A stretch of DNA of 64,000 nucleotides from the NCBI GenBank assembly GCA_964424775.1, contig CAYRJZ010000001.1, positions 140,748 to 204,747 of the forward strand. Direction: 5' to 3'. A program made the position numbers and the translations under genes. The notes beneath the pieces are model-generated. The model made no database searches, was not told the origin of the DNA, and was given only the letters and a program-made list of their open reading frames with translations. This DNA is from an uncultured Gammaproteobacteria bacterium (lineage in GTDB: Bacteria > Patescibacteriota > Microgenomatia > Levybacterales > UBA12049). Position 1 is the stretch's first letter. Every line of letters starts with the position of its first letter. This document shows positions 56,733 through 64,000 of this stretch, in pieces.

Positions 56733-59651
56733 TCAAATAGATGAGCCGGATTTGCAAATCATACTATACTCGCATGACTTACATAGCATCCCCCGCGAAC
56801 AGAGAAAATCACTTTTCTCAATATCTGAGACAATTTTGAGGATTTCATCTTTTGCCGTAAGTAAGTCTTCTTTACTGCGGGTTGTTGTCACTTTTTTATT
56901 TGACTCAATGTAGTAGAGAGTAAGTGCTATCTCTTCAGGCATTCGGTGTAGTATGTCATCTTTTACTTCAGATGCGGCTAAAGCGTAGAAAGTTAACTGC
57001 ATATCAGATTTAATTTTTTTCTCATCAGGAATGTTGGCTCCCGTTTTATAATCTATTACCTCAATTCTTCCATCTGGAAGTTTATCAATTCGATCAATTC
57101 TCCCACCAACTTTTAACTTCTCTATCCAAAATTGGAATGGTAACTCAACAGCAAGTGTACTGGGGTTCTCCTCAAGTGTCATTTTGGCAAATTCTAAAAG
57201 CATTTTGTCTGCTTGGGAATATGCTTGGTCAGCATGATCCTTACTTGTATACCCTCCTTTGACCCAGGAATTTTTAAGTATGTCCTGTATGCTTTCTGCT
57301 TTTATTCGCGGATCTGTTCTCCTCATGAGAAAGAAGTCTCGAAGACTGTTATGGACACTTATTCCATAACTGAGTGCAGGAGATGGAGGAGTTGGAACAT
57401 TTAGGATATATCGCAATTTATAATGCAGAGGACATGTCTGAAATGTTTGGATTTGTGAATAGGAAATATAGGTAATTGGAGCCATGGATTTTTGAGGAGT
57501 ATCTTTAACTGGTGATTTTTTATTTTGTTCAAGATTGAGATTGAAAACGTCAAGAAGCGATAGTTGGTCACCTTCATCGCGTGGCTGAAGTGAAGAGATA
57601 ACTTTTTGAACATATTCATCTCCTAATGTTTCAGATAAAAATGGTGAAAGCTTTCTTTCTCTTTTTCCTTCTCCATAAAATTTTGCTGCTGTAAGAAAAA
57701 GTTTTTCTTTCGCTCGAGTCATCGCAACATAAAAAAGACGTCGTTCTTCTTGAATATTTTCATCGCCTGATGGGAGCTCTTCTCGAATAAGTTGGCGCGG
57801 AACAGGGATTTGCTCTTTTCGATCCCTACTTGGAAATCTTTGTGTAACAAGATTGACGACAAATACGACAGGAAATTCAAGTCCTTTACTCGAATGAACA
57901 GTAAGGATATTAACGGCATCATTATTACTCCAGTCAATCTCTGATGCCATTGGACTTTCTCCAAGCTCAAGTGACATATCAATCCATTCAACTACCGCAA
58001 AGACAGATGCATCTTCACGATTAGTAGCGAATGTCTGGAGTTTATTGAAAAATTTTGCAATATTTTCTGCGGCCTTTTCTGTTTTGATAGTTCGAGGATC
58101 TAAGTAGTGACCAAGGAGTCCTGAATCCTCAAAGAAATAAAAGAGTATTTGACCGGCATTTTCAGTTGACACTTTATTCATGTGATTTTTCATCATTTCA
58201 GTTATTTTTTTCATTTTTTCACGTCCTTTTTCAGTAACTGCCGCATCATCGCACTGTTCCAGCGCTTCAAAAAGAGTCATATTATTCTTTTTTGCAGAAT
58301 TAAGAAGTGCTGCAATGTCTCGTGCTTCAATTTCAAAAATTGGCATTGTGAGAACGCGGTAAAGACATGCATTATCATCAAAGTTTGCGATCACCCGAAG
58401 ATATGCAATGAGATCTTTTATTTCTTCTTGTTCAAAAAGATGAGATGGACCTAAAAATTGTGTCGGTATATGATACTTTTCCAGAATTTTTTGAAATGGT
58501 AGTGCATGGTCATTTGCTCGAACAAGAATAGCGAATTCGTTAAAAGATCTTTTGTTTTTTTTAATTTCCTCTTTAATGACTTGTGCTACTAATTCTGCTT
58601 CATCTTCGACTCGTGTTCCATACAAAAATGTTACTCCTTCTCCTTGTATTCCAGACATTGCCTGTAATTCTTTTTTAATACCTTCTTTCACTTCAAGTCG
58701 GTCAGGATTATTATGTTGAATTACTTTATATGCGCCATCAAGTATTGACTGAGTAGATCGGTAGTTCTTTGTAAGTGTAATAATTTCTGCTGTTGGGAAA
58801 TGTGATCGAAACTGCATCATATTCGCAAGTGCTGCACCACGCCACCTATAAATACTTTGATCATCATCACCTACAACAGTGATATTTTTTTTGTCTCCAG
58901 CGAGAAGAATTGCTAATTCATTTTGCGCATAATTTGTATCCTGAAATTCATCAACCAAGATAAACTTAAATTGTTCTTGGTATTGCTTGAGAATATGAGG
59001 TCTTATGCGAAAAAGCTTTAAAACATTACTTATAAGATCTGAAAAGTCCATTAAGTCATTTTTCACTATGAGGTCTTCATAATGAGAAAACGCGCGAGAT
59101 AACTCTTTTAACTTTTTCCTTTCGTCCTCATCAAATTCTGATGGTGATAAGGAATTTGTAAATTTTTCATATTGCTCTGGAGAAATATCGTCATCTTTAA
59201 GCCGACTAAAATGTTGCAGCATGCCTTGTAAAAATTTTGTGGGATTTCCTAAAGGTCGAAAATACTCTAGTTGAAAGGTGAAAAGATGTTTTCGTAAAAA
59301 GAGGAGACTTTCTGCTTCGGTCATAAGTTCATATTGAGGGGATATCCCAAGATGAATAGCTTCCTGTCTCAGTATCCGATCACAAAAGGCGTGAAAGGTC
59401 TCAATCCACATACTTGTATATCCATAAGGAAGGATCTCATCAATGCGCGTTTCCATTTCGGATGCAGCTTTTTCGGTAAAAGTGAGGGCAAGGATATGTG
59501 AGGGAGAAGTATTTTTTTCAGTGATGAGATGTTCTATTCTTTTGGTAATGACGGTTGTTTTTCCTGTTCCCGCACCAGCAATAATAAGAAGCGGACCTTC
59601 CCCATGTGTTATTGCTTTCTGTTGTTCGATATTGAGAGTGGAGTCGGGCAT
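56733..59651 (-). CDS. UvrD/PcrA-family superfamily-1 helicase fused to a C-terminal PD-(D/E)xK (RecB/Cas4-like) nuclease with a Cys cluster
   Basis: The start is taken at MPDSTLNIEQQKAI. Walker A AGAGTGKTT and helicase motifs through DEFQDT and the VGDDDQSIY region. The C-terminal 250 aa carry a RecB-family nuclease motif (VIDYKTG) and four cysteines (C-x5-C-x2-C-x5-C), as in the AddB/Cas4 Fe-S domain. Confidence 0.75.
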   Translation of the reverse strand: MPDSTLNIEQQKAITHGEGPLLIIAGAGTGKTTVITKRIEHLITEKNTSPSHILALTFTEKAASEMETRIDEILPYGYTSMWIETFHAFCDRILRQEAIHLGISPQYELMTEAESLLFLRKHLFTFQLEYFRPLGNPTKFLQGMLQHFSRLKDDDISPEQYEKFTNSLSPSEFDEDERKKLKELSRAFSHYEDLIVKNDLMDFSDLISNVLKLFRIRPHILKQYQEQFKFILVDEFQDTNYAQNELAILLAGDKKNITVVGDDDQSIYRWRGAALANMMQFRSHFPTAEIITLTKNYRSTQSILDGAYKVIQHNNPDRLEVKEGIKKELQAMSGIQGEGVTFLYGTRVEDEAELVAQVIKEEIKKNKRSFNEFAILVRANDHALPFQKILEKYHIPTQFLGPSHLFEQEEIKDLIAYLRVIANFDDNACLYRVLTMPIFEIEARDIAALLNSAKKNNMTLFEALEQCDDAAVTEKGREKMKKITEMMKNHMNKVSTENAGQILFYFFEDSGLLGHYLDPRTIKTEKAAENIAKFFNKLQTFATNREDASVFAVVEWIDMSLELGESPMASEIDWSNNDAVNILTVHSSKGLEFPVVFVVNLVTQRFPSRDRKEQIPVPRQLIREELPSGDENIQEERRLFYVAMTRAKEKLFLTAAKFYGEGKRERKLSPFLSETLGDEYVQKVISSLQPRDEGDQLSLLDVFNLNLEQNKKSPVKDTPQKSMAPITYISYSQIQTFQTCPLHYKLRYILNVPTPPSPALSYGISVHNSLRDFFLMRRTDPRIKAESIQDILKNSWVKGGYTSKDHADQAYSQADKMLLEFAKMTLEENPSTLAVELPFQFWIEKLKVGGRIDRIDKLPDGRIEVIDYKTGANIPDEKKIKSDMQLTFYALAASEVKDDILHRMPEEIALTLYYIESNKKVTTTRSKEDLLTAKDEILKIVSDIEKSDFLCSRGMLCKSCEYSMICKSGSSI

Positions 59652-59714
59652 GCAGACTATTCTATCATACTCAATCGCTTGTTTAGGAAGAGGTGAGTTG
59701 TTATGATAGTCCGT

Positions 59715-60452
59715 ATGGCAACTCCAGCGCGTGAGTTTTATCTTCCATTTCTCAGAAAAGAGCAAAGGGCAAAAGATACCTATTCTTTTTATTTCGAAAA
59801 AACGGAACAGTTAGAGTATAACCCAGGTCAGTACATCCGAATGACACTTGATTTGCCTGAGGAGGACCCAAGAGGATTTCGACGACCTTTTTCTTTGTGT
59901 GCTTCACCTCTAGACCCTGAAATTATGATTACAACAAAAATTGTTGAAAAGCCAAGCATTTTTAAGCAAAAGTTATCATCTCTTCACCCAGGTGAGAAGA
60001 CTAAATTTTTTGGACCAATCGGAGGATTTGTCCTTCCTCAAGATTTGCAAACACCACTAGTCCTTCTGGGAGGAGGAATTGGGATTACACCTTTTTATTC
60101 AATGATTCGCTACGCATCTCAAACAAATTTCCAAACTCCGACAACACTTATCGTCTCATTCAGCACAGTGGAAGAGGCTGCTTTTTATAATGAGTTGAAA
60201 GATATTTCCTCACAGAACAGTTATCTCCAGGCAGTTTATACCATTACCCATCCAGAAGAATCTCAACAAGAATGGTCAGGCGAGAAGGGGAGAATAAGTG
60301 AGGAGATGATAAAAAAATATGTTGCGGATCCTCTGAATGCCTACTATATGATCTGTGGCCCAGAAATAATGGTGAATGCCATGATAGAGACAGTGACAGC
60401 TATGGGGGTGTCAGAAGATCAGATCAAGAGAGAAAATTTCACAGGGTATTAA
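59715..60452 (+). CDS. FNR-like FAD/NAD(P)-binding oxidoreductase
   Basis: R-x-F-S (RRPFSL) flavin-binding motif and GGGIGITPF NAD(P)-binding motif. No C-terminal Fe-S cysteine cluster. The start is the ATG at 59715 (MATPAREF). Confidence 0.6.
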   Translation: MATPAREFYLPFLRKEQRAKDTYSFYFEKTEQLEYNPGQYIRMTLDLPEEDPRGFRRPFSLCASPLDPEIMITTKIVEKPSIFKQKLSSLHPGEKTKFFGPIGGFVLPQDLQTPLVLLGGGIGITPFYSMIRYASQTNFQTPTTLIVSFSTVEEAAFYNELKDISSQNSYLQAVYTITHPEESQQEWSGEKGRISEEMIKKYVADPLNAYYMICGPEIMVNAMIETVTAMGVSEDQIKRENFTGY

Positions 60453-61492
60453 TTCTTTGTCTCTAAAAGACTTGGCTGTTCAATCTCCTCGATTACCTCT
60501 TCTTCTAACATCTTTGTAGTTTGAAGTTTGGTTCCGATATGAGTAAAGCCTGTTGAGACGTTCGCAAATTGCGCTGTCGCATTTCCGAGATGCTTGCCAA
60601 GAACACCCAGATTTTCATTTACTTTGTCATACTCAATTTGAATTGAGCGCAGTAATTTAAATACTTCACGAGAACGAGATTCAATTTTTTTCCCTTCAAA
60701 TGAAAGTAGAATAGTCTGGAGGTGAACATAGAGAGTACTTGGTGAGACTAGATAAACTCGTTGACGGCGTGCATACTCCATTATCTCTGTTAAATTGCAT
60801 ATCTCATAAAAGACTGCCTCGCTAGGAACATACATAAGAGCAAAATCCATCGTTCCTTCATCAGGAAGAATATACTTCTTTGCAATGACATCAATATGTT
60901 TTTTGACGTCGCGTGTAAACTCTTTTTGAAATGTATCTTTCTCAGACACATCCTCAGCCTTTACCATTTTTTGGTAATTCTCCATAGGAAATTTTGAATC
61001 TATGGGGAGAATTCCAGCGTCTGTTTTAATAGCTGCATCGACTCTTTCACCTGAGTTGAATTGATACTGGAGATGAAAGGAATTTTTTGGAAACATTTGG
61101 GCAATAAGATCTTTTAAAATTTCCTCACCGATATTTCCACGAAGTTTGGGACTTTTCAGAAATTCCTGCAGTTCTTTCATGCTTCGCCCAATTTCACTCA
61201 TTTGACCAACTTCCACCCCGACTTCTCGAATAACATGTGCAGCTTTATCAAGCCGTTCATTGAGTTGTTTGGAATTTTCTTGAAGTGTTCTGACCATCTG
61301 ATCTGTATTTGAGGAAAGTGCAGTGTTAAGCGTTTTATTTGTTGCTTCAAGAGATCCCTGCATTGACTTGAGCCATTCTAAAAGTGTTGCATCTGAGGAG
61401 TTCTTTTTCAGTTCAGCAATTTTTCTACTTTGATAAACAAAGAGAATTCCGAGAACAAAAAGGAGGATAACAGTGAGCAGTTCAAAAGACAT
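60449..61492 (-). CDS. rmuC: DNA recombination protein RmuC
   Basis: N-terminal TM helix, long coiled coil and a C-terminal RmuC nuclease-like domain. Confidence 0.7.
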   Translation of the reverse strand: MSFELLTVILLFVLGILFVYQSRKIAELKKNSSDATLLEWLKSMQGSLEATNKTLNTALSSNTDQMVRTLQENSKQLNERLDKAAHVIREVGVEVGQMSEIGRSMKELQEFLKSPKLRGNIGEEILKDLIAQMFPKNSFHLQYQFNSGERVDAAIKTDAGILPIDSKFPMENYQKMVKAEDVSEKDTFQKEFTRDVKKHIDVIAKKYILPDEGTMDFALMYVPSEAVFYEICNLTEIMEYARRQRVYLVSPSTLYVHLQTILLSFEGKKIESRSREVFKLLRSIQIEYDKVNENLGVLGKHLGNATAQFANVSTGFTHIGTKLQTTKMLEEEVIEEIEQPSLLETKN

Positions 61493-61517
61493 AAAACTTG
61501 GCCTATTGTAGCATACT

Positions 61518-62564
61518 CTAATAATAGAGTTCAGGATCTGCAGTAATATTCTCCCAGGAAACTTGTTGATTTGAGAAAGCTCCTGCGGCTGCGATCATTG
61601 CCCCATTATCTGTACAAAGATAAGGTGAAGGTATAAATAGTTTGGCATCTGAAATTTCTGATAAAAGTGCGCTCTCAAGGGTCTTCCGAAGTAAAGAATT
61701 TGCTGCTACGCCACCACTTACCAGGACGGTAGATATTTCCTGTTCTTTTGCAGCCTGAACTGTTTTTCGTGTGAGGACAGCGACAATTGTATATTCTACA
61801 CTTGCACATAGGTCAGACAGGAGTTGGAAATTATTTGTTCGAAATTCCTCATTTTGAAAGTCCCAATTATTTTTCTTTATGAGATTAAGAACAGCTGTTT
61901 TAAGTCCGCTAAAACTAAAGTTAAGGTCCCCAGATCCAATCATTGGACGTGGCAGAGGATATGCTTTTGGATTTCCCTTCTCGGCTAATTTTGAGATTTG
62001 AGGACCAGCTGGGTATGAGAGACCAAGTAGCCTTCCAATTTTATCAAAAGCCTCACCAGCAGCATCATCACGAGTCCCTCCTAAGACTTGAATGTGGTGA
62101 TGTTCTTTCAGAAGAAGAAGATCTGTATGTCCTCCTGAGACAACAAGTGCGATAGATGGGAGAGAGATTTCAGGATGTTCATAGAAGTTTGCATAAATGT
62201 GGCCATACATATGATTAACAGGAATGACAGGAACGTCCCAGATCATACTCAGTGTTTTTGCTGTCTCAACTCCAACAAGAAGCGATCCTATGAGTCCAGG
62301 GCCATGGGTAACTGCAATAGCATCAACGGGAGGCTTGGAGGAAAGAGGAACGCCCAATCCCTTTTGAAGGGCTTCGTCAATGACCGGTAAAATGAATTTT
62401 ACTTGTTCACGAGCTGCTACTTCGGGAATGATACCACCTGTTGCTGCGTGTTTGGCAAGGGATGAGGAAAGACTATTTGAAAGAAGTGTTAGACCAGAGG
62501 GTGTAAGCTTCGCAACTGCGGCTCCTGTTTCATCACAAGAGGTCTCTATACCAAGAATTGTCAT
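61518..62564 (-). CDS. tsaD: tRNA N6-adenosine threonylcarbamoyltransferase TsaD (Kae1/YgjD)
   Basis: MTILGIETSCDETGAAV N-terminus and HMYGH metal-binding motif. Confidence 0.9.
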   Translation of the reverse strand: MTILGIETSCDETGAAVAKLTPSGLTLLSNSLSSSLAKHAATGGIIPEVAAREQVKFILPVIDEALQKGLGVPLSSKPPVDAIAVTHGPGLIGSLLVGVETAKTLSMIWDVPVIPVNHMYGHIYANFYEHPEISLPSIALVVSGGHTDLLLLKEHHHIQVLGGTRDDAAGEAFDKIGRLLGLSYPAGPQISKLAEKGNPKAYPLPRPMIGSGDLNFSFSGLKTAVLNLIKKNNWDFQNEEFRTNNFQLLSDLCASVEYTIVAVLTRKTVQAAKEQEISTVLVSGGVAANSLLRKTLESALLSEISDAKLFIPSPYLCTDNGAMIAAAGAFSNQQVSWENITADPELYY

Positions 62565-63028
62565 AACGTGACTGTAAGGGTGTCTCCAGGATCAATACTA
62601 TGCTTTTCAGCAGTGCCAGCTTTTACTTCAATGACGCGATCAACAGGACCAGTTGGTTGATAGAGAGGGAGTGGGTCTTCCTCATTTTTAGGTGCAGGGA
62701 CATTTTTGAAGACACTTACTACTTTCTCTCCATTGAGAAAGATAATATCAATAGGAAAGTTCATGTCCTTCATCCAAAATGCAGGAGTTGTAGCCTCAGA
62801 AAAAAGAAAGATCATTCCATCTTTTTCCCCAAGAGATCTTTTCCCAGATAATCCAAGTTGTCTTTCCTTATCACTATCAGCGACCTCAAGTCGAAACGTT
62901 TCGTCACCAAGTTTTGCTTGGGCTTTATCGCTGAGAAGGCCACTACTGCGTGAAGCAAAGAAGACAACTGCTCCAGCGATAAGAATGATCGCAATAACAA
63001 TAATAATAATAATTCTATTAAGACTCAT
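62561..63028 (-). CDS. DUF192 (COG1430) domain protein with an N-terminal membrane anchor
   Basis: FWMKDMNFPIDIIFLNGE matches the DUF192 core. Confidence 0.5.
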   Translation of the reverse strand: MSLNRIIIIIVIAIILIAGAVVFFASRSSGLLSDKAQAKLGDETFRLEVADSDKERQLGLSGKRSLGEKDGMIFLFSEATTPAFWMKDMNFPIDIIFLNGEKVVSVFKNVPAPKNEEDPLPLYQPTGPVDRVIEVKAGTAEKHSIDPGDTLTVTL

Positions 63029-63503
63029 ATTTATTTTCTAATAATGATGTTGTTGAATAGTCAGGAAGCCTATCAATGACATCAATTACCCTTCCCCCTA
63101 TGTTTTTTGCATATAATTCCTTATGCATCCTATAAGGGTCTCCTTTTGTAGTAGCGATTATAGCAGGTTTTATTAAAGACACAATATTTTCATAATCTTT
63201 ATCCCTCATTCCTTCAGGGAGCAAGATAAGAAGATCAATTAAATCTAAATCAGCAAGATTAGTTGCTCTTACTTGTTGTGGATTGAGTGGTCTATTCTCT
63301 CCTTTCCTGCGGGAAATATCTGTGTCACTTTCAAGAAGTATGATGAGATATGAGCCTTCATTTTTTGCAGCATTCAGAAAAGCAATATGTCCTTTATGAA
63401 TAATATCAAAGCACCCTCCTGCCAGTACCTTTTTATCTGGTAAGGAATTGGTGAATTGTGAAGTGTTAGTTATTTCGTGAAGAGGAGTAATATGAGTTAT
63501 CAT
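63018..63503 (-). CDS. Cytidylyl/adenylyltransferase-family protein (HxGH nucleotidyltransferase)
   Basis: GGCFDIIHKGHIAFL contains the (H/T)xGH motif of the cytidylyltransferase-like Rossmann family. The start is taken as the ATG at 63503. Confidence 0.5.
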   Translation of the reverse strand: MITHITPLHEITNTSQFTNSLPDKKVLAGGCFDIIHKGHIAFLNAAKNEGSYLIILLESDTDISRRKGENRPLNPQQVRATNLADLDLIDLLILLPEGMRDKDYENIVSLIKPAIIATTKGDPYRMHKELYAKNIGGRVIDVIDRLPDYSTTSLLENKYES

Positions 63504-64000
63504 CCTTCTTTTGTCCCACGCAAAAAGACAGCCTGCCATGGTCTATATCGTGAAGTAAATTTTTCATCAATAAGAACTTCTCCATCTTTTTTTACTACCC
63601 TTGTAAATGAAACAACTGCCCCGGATGCGGCGAAATCTACTTGTTTGACCTGTCCTTTTGGCAGTGTAGGATCATCTTGATAAAGGGGTTCAGGAGCTGG
63701 GGATTGGGTTGAGATTACTGGTTTACTTATTTCTGCAACTCTTCCATCACTTGTTCCGTATAACTCAAAAGTCAAACTTGAATTCTCAGGATTAACGTAT
63801 GACTGAATGAGTATATGATGTCCCGTATCGTTTTTAAATTTGAGGTCAATATTGGGAGTATAAATTGCTGCATCAATTCCGGGTCCTAAGTCTTGTTCGT
63901 AGTAACTCACCCGATAAGCATGTTGGTTACGTTCTGTAATTGGAAGTCCTGCATTCAGTAACGCTCTAAAAAGTGTTGTTGAAACTTGACAGACACCTCC
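63500..64000 (-). CDS. VanW-domain protein, N-terminally incomplete (runs off the window end)
   Basis: The reading frame stays open upstream to position 64000. LNAGLPITERNQHAYRVSYYEQDLGPGIDAAIY matches the VanW-family core. Confidence 0.5.
   Translation of the reverse strand, partial: GGVCQVSTTLFRALLNAGLPITERNQHAYRVSYYEQDLGPGIDAAIYTPNIDLKFKNDTGHHILIQSYVNPENSSLTFELYGTSDGRVAEISKPVISTQSPAPEPLYQDDPTLPKGQVKQVDFAASGAVVSFTRVVKKDGEVLIDEKFTSRYRPWQAVFLRGTKEG

Noticed and set aside
59443-59706. 87-aa plus-strand ORF
   Set aside because: It is antisense within the N-terminal helicase domain of the 1010-aa helicase-nuclease gene.
1-64000. CRISPR arrays, IS elements, integrases, rRNA genes
   Set aside because: No array of regularly spaced direct repeats, no transposase or integrase-like ORF, and no 16S/23S/5S signature was seen on either strand.

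Overview
This is a densely coded, low-GC (roughly 35%) bacterial chromosomal segment. The gene content resembles a small-genome Candidate Phyla Radiation (Patescibacteria) type organism, and that lineage call is an inference only. Recognisable content runs as follows. 1-6.4 kb holds a conserved translation block: adk, cmk, map, infA, rpmJ, rpsM, rpsK, rpsD, rpoA, rplQ, rplM and rpsI. rpmJ is absent from the ORF track. 6.8-13.5 kb is a compact isoprenoid and carotenoid-type cluster: a GT2 glycosyltransferase, the IPP isomerase idi, a beta-helix-repeat membrane protein, a UbiA-family prenyltransferase, a CrtI-type desaturase, a polyprenyl (GGPP-type) synthase and a phytoene-synthase-family enzyme. 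This is unexpected for a CPR-like genome. After it come housekeeping and accessory genes: obg, hflX, pyrD, pyrE, rluB, gpsA, plsC, recA, recX, rny, hup, rmuC, tsaD, two ABC systems, an MFS transporter, five Nudix-fold proteins and several predicted HExxH zinc hydrolases. Two RNA genes are callable from sequence: a tRNA-Pro(GGG) on the minus strand at 48542-48612 with no encoded CCA, and an RNase P RNA on the minus strand at about 56353-56700. The RNase P RNA is recognisable from P4 pseudoknot motifs carrying a compensatory change. No CRISPR array, IS element or rRNA gene was seen. The candidates most worth follow-up are the carotenoid-type cluster with its embedded beta-helix membrane protein, an ABC-2 transporter with a tandemly duplicated permease pair (one ATPase plus four permeases), a free-standing protein of tandem topoisomerase-like C4 zinc ribbons, a DUF1653-Nudix fusion, a 2H-phosphoesterase/DEDDy-exonuclease pair beside a cNMP-binding regulator, and a 1010-aa UvrD-helicase/PD-(D/E)xK nuclease fusion directly abutting rnpB.
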